Source: an uncultured virus (IMG/VR IMGVR_UViG_3300032282_004613) (lineage: Duplodnaviria; Heunggongvirae; Uroviricota; Caudoviricetes). From it: a DNA stretch of 64,000 nt. The stretch lies in the IMG/VR virus record IMGVR_UViG_3300032282_004613; one strand, 5' to 3'. The notes beneath the pieces were generated by a model. The model did not search any database. It saw only the letters and a program-made list of their open reading frames with translations, and had not been told where the DNA came from. Positions 29,966-40,142 of this stretch are shown piece by piece (the first letter of the stretch is position 1; every line of letters starts with the position of its first letter). The position numbers and the translations under genes are program-made.

Positions 29966-31258
29966 ATGAAAAAAATAGTTATAACAGAAGCGCAAGCGAA
30001 GAAATTAGTTGATTCAATAATCATTGAACAAGGGGATCAGCAAGAGCAAAATCAACAACCACAACAAGGTGAAATAAAATATCATTTAGGTCCTTTAGAT
30101 TTTATTGTAAAAGACGGAAACCCTTTTTATATTGGGGAAGATGGTCAGAGAAATGATTTACCAAAATTAAGTCAAATAGAGATTATTATACATCCCAAAA
30201 ATCTAGAGCGTGACGATATGACTGGTCAAATGAGTGCAGGTAATAACGTTTTTGGAATTTATGATGGTGAACCAACCCAAGTAGCGAGGAATTTGGCGAG
30301 ACAAATGGCAACATCGATTGCAAATTCTAATATTGAAAAACCCGGAGGCCCTGGATTTGAGGTGATTGTTTTTGACGACCTTGTACGTAAAGTACCTATA
30401 TGGGTTAAGATAAACGTTTTATCGGCTGTACCAGCGGGAGGAAATGTTCGTGAACCAGAAGTTATAAAAGAAAAAGAAGGTGGTTCAATCATGTTTGCAC
30501 AAACAAGAACAAAGAACTTTCTGTTAACAATTTCATCTCCTTTGGGTGTTGGTCAGGTATTTGGTGATGAACAACAAGTAGAAAAAGAAGTTGTGTTTTT
30601 TTGCGTATCATATAATGACGATACCAATGGAATTACAAAACTAACACAGAAAAAAGGCGCTACAAATGGGGCGGAATGGTTAAAAAATAAAGATAACACT
30701 ATTGTGGGTGTTAAAGGACCGTATAGGACCAGAGAAGAAGCACTTAAGGTGTGTCAACCAGAACTTCCAGAATTATTACCATTCGGTGATTTCTTTGCCA
30801 ATAACGTGTCGAAAATTAAATTGTCACCGTCAATGCCGTTTGTTAAGCAGTTGAAGGAATACTTCGATGCTGGTGGAAAACTATCTAAGATAACCATTAA
30901 AGCATCAGCATCTAGCGTTCCAGCAGGACACATGGAAGCGGACCCTAATGCAGATCTTTGGAAAGATGTGAAAACATACGATAACGCCGCAACAGGAAGT
31001 AACGATGACGGAACGGGTAACTTACAATTAACAAAAGCAAGAGCATATAATCTATATGCTGCATTAATTCAAATGTTCCCACAACTTACTAATATTCCAA
31101 GAGAATTAATTGCATCAGGATCTATCGGTATTCCGTTTAAACGTAAACAAAACCCAAAACCGGGACAAAACCCTAATGACCCATCATTAAAAGGTGACGA
31201 TCCAAATGATCCAAAATACGCTAATTTCAGAAGAGTTGATTTGATATTAAACAAATAG
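29966..31258 (+). CDS. protein with ITEAQ leader and C-terminal OmpA-like peptidoglycan-binding domain
   Basis: ITIKASAS...NLQLTKARA...FRRVDL. Confidence 0.6.
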   Translation: MKKIVITEAQAKKLVDSIIIEQGDQQEQNQQPQQGEIKYHLGPLDFIVKDGNPFYIGEDGQRNDLPKLSQIEIIIHPKNLERDDMTGQMSAGNNVFGIYDGEPTQVARNLARQMATSIANSNIEKPGGPGFEVIVFDDLVRKVPIWVKINVLSAVPAGGNVREPEVIKEKEGGSIMFAQTRTKNFLLTISSPLGVGQVFGDEQQVEKEVVFFCVSYNDDTNGITKLTQKKGATNGAEWLKNKDNTIVGVKGPYRTREEALKVCQPELPELLPFGDFFANNVSKIKLSPSMPFVKQLKEYFDAGGKLSKITIKASASSVPAGHMEADPNADLWKDVKTYDNAATGSNDDGTGNLQLTKARAYNLYAALIQMFPQLTNIPRELIASGSIGIPFKRKQNPKPGQNPNDPSLKGDDPNDPKYANFRRVDLILNK

Positions 31259-31259
31259 G

Positions 31260-31781
31260 TCATCTTTTTACAAAAACTCTAAAATTCATAAAATCTGAAT
31301 TTCTGACCTCGCTGAAATAATCGATAAAAACTTTTGGCTTTTTTCCCGTATAAGATATTTTTTGTTCTTGATAAAAGGGTTTGGGTTGCGCTAATTCGTT
31401 TTGTACGTATTCACCGTTTCGTTTTATTGTTTTAATATAAAACGCAGAAAACTCTTCTTTACCCATTGTACGGAAAAAAGCATCCTCTGTAATAACTTCA
31501 CAATTAAGGGTGTCTACAGACATTTCAGAAAGACAACGACTTAGTAATTTTTTACCAGAATCACCATTTAAATAGGTGTAAAATTCAGGTTTACCAAAGG
31601 TTGTATTCGGCGCACATTTTGTTGCTTCAACTATAGAACTGATCACATAATACGTTGTATCCGATTTACTTGGTTTTACCCAGTTTTCTGGTTTTGTGAT
31701 TTCAACATCATCTCTAAGTTTTTGGGCATTACCAAACACAACGAAAAAAATCGTACATAAGAGGACTAGTAACTTTTTCAT
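31260..31781 (-). CDS. secreted hypothetical protein
   Basis: signal peptide ending GNA-Q; TAGTTTTG promoter at ~31802. Confidence 0.75.
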   Translation of the reverse strand: MKKLLVLLCTIFFVVFGNAQKLRDDVEITKPENWVKPSKSDTTYYVISSIVEATKCAPNTTFGKPEFYTYLNGDSGKKLLSRCLSEMSVDTLNCEVITEDAFFRTMGKEEFSAFYIKTIKRNGEYVQNELAQPKPFYQEQKISYTGKKPKVFIDYFSEVRNSDFMNFRVFVKR

Positions 31782-31854
31782 AGTTTTTTGTTTTTAGGTT
31801 ACAAAACTAGGATTTTTTATTGAACCCACAAATTTTTTTTGAGTATTTATAAAA

Positions 31855-32397
31855 ATGAGATTAATGCTTGTTTTAGAAGCACTTATGAATGATTTTAGGT
31901 CTAAATTATATCACTTTACGACCGAAAGCAATGCTTTACAAATACTAGATAGTGACACTTTGTTGGCCTCTAAGCCGGACGAGTACTACCTAGAATTAGA
32001 CAAGAGGTTAGGCGCGTCCAAACATAAGTCAGCCATTTCTCTGACTAGAGATAATAAGTTAAACCCGTCTGGGATGAATTTAGCAAATAAACCGCAAGAC
32101 GAAGATCCGCAAGAATGGTCTAATAATATTAATGTTAAGTTTGTTTTAGATTCGGACAAAATAAAACATAGGTATAAAATTGAACCTTTTAATTACGACG
32201 CTTTAGACAAATATCATGGAATCCCCGTAACTAAAAATAAAGAAGCAGAAGAAAGGGTTATGACAGATAAGATACCAAATTTACATAGATACATAATCAA
32301 TATTGAATATCGAGGAAATAATCCAAAAATAAAGCAAGCGATTGACCAATATGAAGAACGTATCAAGAGAATAGGTCATCACCAGAAAAATAACTAA
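31855..32397 (+). CDS. putative ADP-ribosyltransferase-fold protein
   Basis: LYHFT...ISLTRD...EAEERV (H-S-E-like triad). Confidence 0.45.
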   Translation: MRLMLVLEALMNDFRSKLYHFTTESNALQILDSDTLLASKPDEYYLELDKRLGASKHKSAISLTRDNKLNPSGMNLANKPQDEDPQEWSNNINVKFVLDSDKIKHRYKIEPFNYDALDKYHGIPVTKNKEAEERVMTDKIPNLHRYIINIEYRGNNPKIKQAIDQYEERIKRIGHHQKNN

Positions 32398-32438
32398 TAT
32401 TTATTATTATATAAATTAACTAAACCAAAACTAAAATT

Positions 32439-33281
32439 ATGTTATTAAAACTAGGATCTACGGGCGACGATGTCGTAAAATTACAGAATAAATTAGGTGT
32501 TGACCCTATTGGTAAATTTGGGCCAAAAACAGAAGCCGCCGTAAAAGCATGGCAATCTACTAATGGTATAACCGCCGACGGAATTGTTGGTGATGGTACT
32601 TGGGCTAAGATGTTTTCTGAAGGACAAGTAAGCGCACCTGCATTGATTACCGAACCAGCACCAGTTGCTAGTGTAGGTGGTTTAAATTTAGAAAGATTAA
32701 AAGGACATATACCTGATGCTGTTATCAAACAAATACCAGATACCGCAGCAAAATTTCAAATTAATACACCATTAAGATTGGCACACTTCTTAGCACAATG
32801 TGGTCATGAATCTGGTGGATTTAGATTAACTAAAGAGAATTTAAATTATTCAGCAAAGGGGTTAAATGGGATATTCAAAAAGTATTTTCCGACAGAAGCA
32901 GATGCTAAGGCGTATGAAAGACAACCGGCAAAGATCGCAAATAAAGTTTATGGAAATAGAATGGGAAATGGTCCAGAATCATCTGGTGATGGCGCAAAAT
33001 TTTGCGGAAGAGGGTATATTCAATTAACTTTTAAAGACAATTACACTGCGTTTGGTAAATCAATAAACGAAGATATATGTTCAAACCCAGATAAGGTTTC
33101 TAGTGATTACGCATTACTTTCTGCAGCATGGTTCTTCAGTAAAAATGGGTTACACAAAATTGCTGACGAAGGTGCCGGTGATGCGGTTGTAACTAAAATA
33201 ACTAAAAGGGTTAATGGCGGGACAATTGGGTTACCAGATCGTATAAAACATTTCAAAGAATACTATAGTTTGCTATCATAA
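32439..33281 (+). CDS. endolysin: peptidoglycan-binding domain + GH19 catalytic domain
   Basis: DGIVG PG-binding motif; AHFLAQCGHES, ENLNYS, GRGYIQLT, RVNGGTIGL. Confidence 0.92.
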   Translation: MLLKLGSTGDDVVKLQNKLGVDPIGKFGPKTEAAVKAWQSTNGITADGIVGDGTWAKMFSEGQVSAPALITEPAPVASVGGLNLERLKGHIPDAVIKQIPDTAAKFQINTPLRLAHFLAQCGHESGGFRLTKENLNYSAKGLNGIFKKYFPTEADAKAYERQPAKIANKVYGNRMGNGPESSGDGAKFCGRGYIQLTFKDNYTAFGKSINEDICSNPDKVSSDYALLSAAWFFSKNGLHKIADEGAGDAVVTKITKRVNGGTIGLPDRIKHFKEYYSLLS

Positions 33282-33311
33282 AAAAAGGGGATTTATTTCC
33301 CCTTTTTTTTT
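33281..33311. terminator. bidirectional intrinsic terminator
   Basis: A6-GGGGA..TCCCC-T tract between convergent genes. Confidence 0.75.
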
Positions 33312-34498
33312 GTATCTTTTAAAGATGTATTCGTGTCATTATTTATTAATTCTTTTGCTTTATCTTTTGATATTAATTTAAATCGACCTGAACCATTTAG
33401 GTTCATATCATCCGCCACCTTAACAAATTCTTGTATTGTTAAAAAAGAATCAGCGTCATTGTTGAAATGTCTTATTAAATAGTAATCATCATTTATTGCA
33501 ATGAAATCCGTTAATTCATCGTCAGATAATAAAGTATATTTTAATGGTTTAATTAATTCAACGGTGTCGATATTTGCCAAACCATATACACTACCTTTCT
33601 TAATTAACGCAACTTCTGGATTATCAATATCTTTACCGATTACTTTAACATCTTCACCAAAAACATAATTAAATTTAATTTCCCTATTGTTATCAAAAAG
33701 ATGTTTTAATTCTTTTGGATTTAAATCGTCTAATTGGAAATTATGATCTGGTTTGTATACATTTTGTAATGTTAACCTATTAACTGGGTATTTTCTGTTT
33801 AATAGAAAATCTATAATATATTTTTGATATACATTCTTAGGTTTACTATTCTTTTTACCATGAACTTCGTTAACAACACCTTCAGGAGTTCTGGCTAAAG
33901 TAACAAACGATTGTCCATCACCGTCTTCATTAATACTTCTTAATGAAAATAATGTTGTGCCATGTTTATTACCACAATGGCCCATTCTATCCGCTTCTTC
34001 TTTTGAATAACTTGTGTCTAAATTGGCCCAATAAAAACCAATACCGTTTTCTCTATAATCAATAACAATTTCGTTTTTTTCATCATAGTTAGATGATATA
34101 TTAGATCCTCGACTATCATGCCATTGCTCAGAAGCGTGTAGGGCTTGTCTAAATGTAAAATTTTTTAGATTAAGGTTACCACCGGTATTGACATTTATGA
34201 ACCAGTCAAAAATGTAAGCGTAGTTCGCTCTGTAGTTCATTTCCCAAAAAGAGTGATTTGGACCTTTTTTATTTAGGTATTCAACAACTTCTTTAGGGTT
34301 CTTATCTAAATTATTAACAGCATCTTTAAGGAATGAATCTGCGATCCATATTGACATTTTTGGATTGATTCTATGAAACTCGTTAACCCACTCGTCTGTT
34401 AACCCAAAAACCTTCTTTATCTTATCTCTATTATCATTTTCCACTAATAGTGCTACATTTTCGGTTAATAGTTCAGATAATACGTTTTTAAACCTCAT
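33293..34498 (-). CDS. protein with PcfJ-like 'EEADRMGHC' domain and leader
   Basis: paralog of 26697-28271. Confidence 0.7.
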   Translation of the reverse strand: MRFKNVLSELLTENVALLVENDNRDKIKKVFGLTDEWVNEFHRINPKMSIWIADSFLKDAVNNLDKNPKEVVEYLNKKGPNHSFWEMNYRANYAYIFDWFINVNTGGNLNLKNFTFRQALHASEQWHDSRGSNISSNYDEKNEIVIDYRENGIGFYWANLDTSYSKEEADRMGHCGNKHGTTLFSLRSINEDGDGQSFVTLARTPEGVVNEVHGKKNSKPKNVYQKYIIDFLLNRKYPVNRLTLQNVYKPDHNFQLDDLNPKELKHLFDNNREIKFNYVFGEDVKVIGKDIDNPEVALIKKGSVYGLANIDTVELIKPLKYTLLSDDELTDFIAINDDYYLIRHFNNDADSFLTIQEFVKVADDMNLNGSGRFKLISKDKAKELINNDTNTSLKDTKKKGK

Positions 34499-34559
34499 TT
34501 TGGTTTTTATTATAAATACTTTAAACAAAATAAAACCCCCGAATTTGGGGGTCTTAGGC

Positions 34560-34916
34560 CTAAATAGTTACCTTGGTCTTGGTTCCCGTAAAGAGTTCCT
34601 TTTCTTGTTTATATTCTTGTAACAAATTAATGCAAAGCATTAAATGTTTTTCTATCATCGCCAATTTCAAAGAATCCTCAATTCCGGAAGCACTGATAGA
34701 TTTTTTAGTTCTTTTAATTTTACCAATTTTTCTTAGGATATTTTCCTTATTGGCTTCTTTTATCAGTTTTTTCTGATAATATTTCTTGGCATTCATTTTA
34801 GTACATTCTTTACAATAAATGCTTAATCCGTCTTCGTTCGTTTTATTTTTGTAAAATCGCTCTGCTGAAAAATGTTCTTTACAACCTGCACAATGTTTTT
34901 CCGATATTTTCTCCAT
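34560..34916 (-). CDS. Zn-finger protein (CxxC...CKEC)
   Basis: CAGCKE..FYKNK..DGLSIYCKEC; TACATTTG promoter upstream. Confidence 0.7.
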   Translation of the reverse strand: MEKISEKHCAGCKEHFSAERFYKNKTNEDGLSIYCKECTKMNAKKYYQKKLIKEANKENILRKIGKIKRTKKSISASGIEDSLKLAMIEKHLMLCINLLQEYKQEKELFTGTKTKVTI

Positions 34917-35010
34917 AGTTATTATTTTAGGATGCAAATGTAAATTAAAAAAATCAAGAAAAAAAAGTTTTTTTAAAAAAAAGACATAAAACATTGAATA
35001 TCAATATTAT

Positions 35011-35583
35011 ATGATAAAAAAAGAGTTAGTACAGAAAATGGGTTATTATGAAATTAATAAAATAACCGATAAATCAACAATAAAATATGAAGTTGATAGT
35101 GGTCGGTATTTGTTTATTGCTAGGTTTAACAAATACATTGTGAACCCATATAGAGATAGGAAAACCTTTAAAACATTAGATAAAGCCAAAGATTATGTTG
35201 GTTTGAAATTAGTTAAACAGAAAAAGAAAAAAGTTGAGAAATTGAAAACTTTACCTAAATCCCTTTATCTTGTTTTGATAAAAGAAAAAGAAAGTGGTAA
35301 AACATTTGTAAAGGTTGGGTTTACATCTAAAAAATTCATAATGCGTAGATTCAGTAAAGCATATGGATATGAAGGATATATTTTAGAGTCCATTTTAAGA
35401 CGTATTGAAACACCAGATGCTGAACAACTAGAAGAGCAAATAAAAGACAAATTAAATAAAAAAAGGTCCGTAAAAAAATACAGACCGCTTTTAGAAAGTT
35501 TCTCAGGATATTCAGAATGTTTTGATTTTAATTGTTTGGAAGATATTGTTAATATTTTTGATTCATTAACAAAAACCGCTTAA
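35011..35583 (+). CDS. GIY-YIG/T5orf172-like nuclease domain protein
   Basis: LYLV...VKVGFT...RF...LE...GYSECF. Confidence 0.6.
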   Translation: MIKKELVQKMGYYEINKITDKSTIKYEVDSGRYLFIARFNKYIVNPYRDRKTFKTLDKAKDYVGLKLVKQKKKKVEKLKTLPKSLYLVLIKEKESGKTFVKVGFTSKKFIMRRFSKAYGYEGYILESILRRIETPDAEQLEEQIKDKLNKKRSVKKYRPLLESFSGYSECFDFNCLEDIVNIFDSLTKTA

Positions 35584-35969
35584 GCGTGTTGTGAACCAAA
35601 TGATGGAGCGTCTTGACCCCATGTTACGTATGCTTCAGGATACCCCATTCCACTTAACATAAGATAAGTACTCATATTACATATCTCAATAGAGGTGTCA
35701 GGCGTAAGAATCATACCCTTTTGCGCCCATTTTCCATTTAATTTAATCCCGCCATCAACACTCTTAACCTGAAATTTACAATTTGGTGAATTTAATAATT
35801 TTTTAAATTTATTTTGGTCAGTATCTTCTATTTCACAATTCTTAAATATTCCCTTTAGTGTTGGCATACCTGGACGACCACAATTACCTGCTTCAGATTC
35901 TTCTTCCTCTTTGATCAAATGATCAATGATTTTTTTAACTTGGGATTCTGTGAAAACGTATTTTTTCAT
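35580..35969 (-). CDS. hypothetical protein with VFTESQ leader
   Basis: ORF track. Confidence 0.75.
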   Translation of the reverse strand: MKKYVFTESQVKKIIDHLIKEEEESEAGNCGRPGMPTLKGIFKNCEIEDTDQNKFKKLLNSPNCKFQVKSVDGGIKLNGKWAQKGMILTPDTSIEICNMSTYLMLSGMGYPEAYVTWGQDAPSFGSQHA

Positions 35970-35970
35970 G

Positions 35971-36300
35971 CTATTTTGTTTTTGTTGTTTTAGTTGTTGC
36001 TCTGGTTCTTTTTTTGTTTGCTAAATCATCATTTTCTTTTTGTAAAAAATCAACTTTAACTCTAAGTTCGGATACTTCACCAGTAAGTTTTAAGATCTCA
36101 CTTCTCATTTCATCTTTTTCTTTAGAACTTCTTTCTAAAAGCACTTCTAGTTTTACAATTCTTTCGCGACATTCGTCTTTCATAAAATTTTCAGATTTTT
36201 CTTTGGCGTATGCTCTTTTTTCATAGAACCTCCAAGCACTTGCTGAACCCAAAACTGTTAATGCTGTTATTAAAACAGTGTAAATCGATGTTGTATCCAT
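35971..36300 (-). CDS. single-TM coiled-coil protein (holin-like candidate)
   Basis: N-terminal TM, coiled coil, basic tail. Confidence 0.55.
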   Translation of the reverse strand: MDTTSIYTVLITALTVLGSASAWRFYEKRAYAKEKSENFMKDECRERIVKLEVLLERSSKEKDEMRSEILKLTGEVSELRVKVDFLQKENDDLANKKRTRATTKTTKTK

Positions 36301-36369
36301 AACTTTATATAAATAGAGATTTTATTAGAAAAATTTCAAAAAGTGTATTTTTTTTCGTATATTAACCAA

Positions 36370-36921
36370 ATGAGCACAATAATTAACTTTTTTGGTGGTC
36401 CTGGTATAGGGAAATCCACCCAAGCATCAGGATTGTTCACTGAAATGAAAAAACATCAGATGAATGTGGAATGCACCTACGAATTCCCTAAAGAGGTCGC
36501 TTGGGAGGGTAATATTAGTCAATTGAAGGATCAGTTTTTTATTACCGCAAATCAACATAGAAATATTAGTCGTTTATACGGTAAAGTGGATTATATTATA
36601 GTTGATTCACCAATAATTTTAGGGTGTTTTTACGAAAGTAGGTATGGTGACGACTACCCGTCATCATTTTATGGTATGACTGGGTTAGGTAAATTCCTAT
36701 GGGGATTATTTAAACAATACAATAACATAAACATTCTATTGACGAGAAATGAAGAAACTTATGACCCAAATGGTCGATTACAAGATTTACAAGAAGCCGT
36801 TGAAATTGATAAAGACATTAAAGAAACATTGGTTATTAATAACATACCTTTTGTTGAATTTTCTGTTAATACTAATACTGCTATGGAGATATTTAAGTAT
36901 ATAACAGATAACAAATTATGA
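36370..36921 (+). CDS. P-loop NTPase/kinase (AAA_28/NadR-like)
   Basis: GGPGIGKST, IVDSP, GRLQ. Confidence 0.8.
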   Translation: MSTIINFFGGPGIGKSTQASGLFTEMKKHQMNVECTYEFPKEVAWEGNISQLKDQFFITANQHRNISRLYGKVDYIIVDSPIILGCFYESRYGDDYPSSFYGMTGLGKFLWGLFKQYNNINILLTRNEETYDPNGRLQDLQEAVEIDKDIKETLVINNIPFVEFSVNTNTAMEIFKYITDNKL

Positions 36922-37520
36922 AAAAATTATTAGCCCTTTTTATCGTTTTATTCTTCGCGGTAACAACAAATGGACAAGACACAGTAAGAGTGAAAAATCA
37001 GGTATTTGAGGTGCTTTATTCACAGAATTTAGAATCACCATTATGGTTGAAATATCGTTCAACCAATAGACCTACAAACGTTAATAGAGGTACTATGGAT
37101 TTTTACACAGAAAAAAATATCCATACTTCGGATGCGGATGATTATACTAAAAACATATACGATAAAGGGCATTTGGCTCCAGCAGCGTCTTTTTCAGATA
37201 ATATGGAAAATCTTAAACAAACATTTTCGTATTTGAATTGTATGTTACAAGATCAATATATGAATAGGGGTGAATGGAGATTCTTAGAAGAACAAGAAAG
37301 AAAATGGGATGACGATGAAAATTTAACAGTTATAATCAAAGTATTTTTTGATAAACCAGTAAAAAGATTACCCACAAATGCAGCAATACCGGCATACATT
37401 CAAAAGCACGTTTATTTTGAAAAACAAAAAAAATGGAAATGCTATGTTTTCTTAAATGAAAAACCTAAATTTAAGTGGAGCGAACTTGAGATGGTATGTC
37501 CACCAAGTGACCACAAGTAA
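36918..37520 (+). CDS. secreted DNA/RNA non-specific endonuclease
   Basis: signal peptide; YDKGHLAPA, TFSYLN, NRGEW..LE. Confidence 0.88.
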   Translation: MKKLLALFIVLFFAVTTNGQDTVRVKNQVFEVLYSQNLESPLWLKYRSTNRPTNVNRGTMDFYTEKNIHTSDADDYTKNIYDKGHLAPAASFSDNMENLKQTFSYLNCMLQDQYMNRGEWRFLEEQERKWDDDENLTVIIKVFFDKPVKRLPTNAAIPAYIQKHVYFEKQKKWKCYVFLNEKPKFKWSELEMVCPPSDHK

Positions 37521-37523
37521 ATT

Positions 37524-37727
37524 ATGATATTAAACAAAGAATTGGTCAGATACCAAGATCGTCTATTTTGGGTGTACCGTAAATTAAACATTGAGAAGAT
37601 TAATGAGCAACATGTTCAGGACATAAAAACTCTTTGGGAATGTGACATGGTGCTAAAACAAAAAACCCCGCAAGGCGAGGTTTTTTTATTCATTCGGGAA
37701 ATCCCTGATTTGGAGATTGTTACTTAA
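37524..37727 (+). CDS. hypothetical protein
   Basis: ORF track. Confidence 0.65.
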   Translation: MILNKELVRYQDRLFWVYRKLNIEKINEQHVQDIKTLWECDMVLKQKTPQGEVFLFIREIPDLEIVT

Positions 37728-38238
37728 TTCTTGATTTTAATCTATTCATTGCTGATTTTACAGATTTGATTGCTGACATTACACTAGATAATGAACTAGA
37801 TCCACCTGCACTTTCTTTTACTTCTTTCTTTGTTACTTCAATACTTGGACTTGTCTTTTTAGTTGACGTGTGAGTAGATTTTAAAGATTCGTAAACTTTT
37901 CTTAATTTGATTGAAACTTGTGGTAAAAATTCTTTTAAGATTTCAGCATATTTTGTTGATTCGCTTTCAGAACCAGATCTTGTTATTGAAACAACATATT
38001 TTTTTGTTTCCATAACAGTTTCACCAGTTGCTTTTAACTCTTCCATTATAGCCCCAATTCTATCTTTACCTTCTTTGTACTTTGGATCGCTTTCTAAACT
38101 TTTCAATTGAGATTTTAATTTAGAAATTTGTTCATGAATTACTGAAAATTCATCTAATTCCTTGGCTAGACCGCCTTTCGCTTCCTTTGCTTCGTATAAT
38201 TTCTTTAGTTCTTTTTTAATAATTGATTCTAATAACAT
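37720..38238 (-). CDS. coiled-coil protein with leader-like start
   Basis: MLLESIIKKELKKLYE. Confidence 0.7.
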   Translation of the reverse strand: MLLESIIKKELKKLYEAKEAKGGLAKELDEFSVIHEQISKLKSQLKSLESDPKYKEGKDRIGAIMEELKATGETVMETKKYVVSITRSGSESESTKYAEILKEFLPQVSIKLRKVYESLKSTHTSTKKTSPSIEVTKKEVKESAGGSSSLSSVMSAIKSVKSAMNRLKSRIK

Positions 38239-38248
38239 GGTTATATTT

Positions 38249-38647
38249 TTATAATAAATATCGTTTTATATATCTAACGCACCTATTTGTGTGTAAATCC
38301 TCATTTTTTCTGGCTTCAACCTCAAAAGGATGTGAAAAATAATTGTAATACTCGGTAAACTCGTAATATTTTTTATTTGATTGTAGATAGTGTGTATACT
38401 CATGAATAACCGTTGAAACAACTTCCTTTACGGTTGGACAATTCATATGATAAACAATGATTCTATTTTCGTCACTATGGTAAGACCCACAGTCATTTTT
38501 ATCGTCTAAGGCCCTTGGCTTTTTTAAAACAGACAATTTAATGGGTTTTCGTTTTCTTAAATTATGGCCAAGGTATTTTTTACACCATTTCAACGCCTGC
38601 TGCGCGTAAAATTTTTGAACCTCGACATCGATAACCCTGCGTGCCAT
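38249..38647 (-). CDS. HExxH metallopeptidase-like protein
   Basis: IHEYTHYLQ...PFEVEAR. Confidence 0.7.
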   Translation of the reverse strand: MARRVIDVEVQKFYAQQALKWCKKYLGHNLRKRKPIKLSVLKKPRALDDKNDCGSYHSDENRIIVYHMNCPTVKEVVSTVIHEYTHYLQSNKKYYEFTEYYNYFSHPFEVEARKNEDLHTNRCVRYIKRYLL

Positions 38648-39006
38648 TATTCGTTTTTATGCTCTTTTTTAACTTCACCTCTTTTTATTTTTTTGGTCGG
38701 TTTAGTGACCTCATTTATAGAATCGAAATTGTCGCATATGTCGTGTAAAATGGACGCAAACTCGTAATTTTCATTTTCCTCATTTTTCTTCCATAATGCT
38801 GTAATGAAAACACGAAATTCCGCATCCCCAAGTTTCACGTGAAACGTTGTGGTTGATTTGATAAGTTTAAAAACGACATATAAAAGTGCCATTTTCTTAT
38901 CATTAGGTAGGTTAAAATAATGCTCGACCGCAATATTAGACAAGACATGGTCGCTTACCTCAGTTAAAAACTTAGTGATCGTTGGATGGTTTATATTCAT
39001 ACTCAT
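38647..39006 (-). CDS. hypothetical protein
   Basis: ORF track. Confidence 0.7.
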   Translation of the reverse strand: MSMNINHPTITKFLTEVSDHVLSNIAVEHYFNLPNDKKMALLYVVFKLIKSTTTFHVKLGDAEFRVFITALWKKNEENENYEFASILHDICDNFDSINEVTKPTKKIKRGEVKKEHKNE

Positions 39007-39047
39007 GGGTGAAGCATTTTAAATAAATACCATCACCCACCAAATGA

Positions 39048-39407
39048 TTACTTACCCCATTTACCATTTTTTACCAACTGAGCAATGATAGAATATACCG
39101 ATAAATCCTGATAAGTGTCTTCCACGGCCTCTCCTACGTTATCCTGAGCACCCAAAACAACCAGTTGTTTAATTCTTTGGATCTTATCATTCATTCTAAA
39201 AAATAGGCCCATTTGGGACAATTTACGGTCTTCCTCCTTTGCTAAATCTCTACCGAGGGAGATATTATCCGGACCATAATTTGACTGTTTCTTACAAAAT
39301 GTCTCATATTGGGTTCTCATTATTCTTTTAAACTCCCTAGTCATTTCGGGGTATTTTTCCTCGATTTCTTTAACTACAGGATTTACTTGTACTTTCTCTT
39401 CTGACAT
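39048..39407 (-). CDS. nucleotide-modification-associated domain protein (DUF1599-like)
   Basis: KKQSNYG...RMNDKIQR...EDTYQDLSVYSII. Confidence 0.75.
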   Translation of the reverse strand: MSEEKVQVNPVVKEIEEKYPEMTREFKRIMRTQYETFCKKQSNYGPDNISLGRDLAKEEDRKLSQMGLFFRMNDKIQRIKQLVVLGAQDNVGEAVEDTYQDLSVYSIIAQLVKNGKWGK

Positions 39408-39476
39408 AAATTTGTGATTTTACATAAAATAACCAAAAAAATGTGGAAAACCAAATATTTATATAAAAAACACAAA

Positions 39477-39734
39477 ATGGCTTCAAAAAAATATCAAGAG
39501 ATGCAAGCAAACCGTAGTAAGGAGAATCCTAACCCGGATAACAAACCAAAATACAAGCAATTAATCCAAATGTTGTCATTTAGAGTGGTTCCGGCTTACT
39601 TTAAAGAGATTGAAAAGGTTGCTAATAAGAAAAAAATGACAGTATCCAAACTTATTAGAAGTTACATTAAAGACGGTATGAAGAGAGATAAAGAGATTAC
39701 TGGATCAGAAGATAAAGATTTCAGAGTAGAATAA
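39477..39734 (+). CDS. ribbon-helix-helix DNA-binding protein
   Basis: LSFRV...IEKVA...TVSKLIRSYI. Confidence 0.7.
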   Translation: MASKKYQEMQANRSKENPNPDNKPKYKQLIQMLSFRVVPAYFKEIEKVANKKKMTVSKLIRSYIKDGMKRDKEITGSEDKDFRVE

Positions 39735-39814
39735 ACAAAAACTCTAAAAGGAGGCCCTGCTAGAAATAGTGGGGTTTTTTATTAATTTCAAAATAAAAAA
39801 GTATTTATAGTAAT

Positions 39815-40138
39815 ATGGAAAACAAGAATATAACCGAAGAGCAAATAAAAGAAGTTTTAAGTAAAATCTTAAACGAAGAAAAGGTTAGTCGTGATCAATA
39901 TACCAAAGTTAGGTTCAAACTTGAGGATTTAAGCCAATCTCTTAATGAAACAATTAAAGAACTTAGAAAGGTTCAAGATTCTTTACCGTTAAAATTAAAG
40001 GGTTCGATTGGTGGTAAATTAACAGCGTTAGATGGTTCTTTTAATTCTGCACAAAAAACAATTTCTGTATTAAAAGAGAAAGTTAGACAATTGAAGAGGT
40101 CAGAGTATGCTCAACAAGTTGTTGAAAAGAAAAAATAG
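39815..40138 (+). CDS. coiled-coil protein with ITEEQ leader
   Basis: ORF track; TATTTATA upstream. Confidence 0.7.
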   Translation: MENKNITEEQIKEVLSKILNEEKVSRDQYTKVRFKLEDLSQSLNETIKELRKVQDSLPLKLKGSIGGKLTALDGSFNSAQKTISVLKEKVRQLKRSEYAQQVVEKKK

Positions 40139-40142
40139 CGTC

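Noticed and set aside
35011..35583. Mobile intron/homing element around the GIY-YIG-like gene
   Set aside because: A free-standing ORF with no interrupted gene or intron structure visible.
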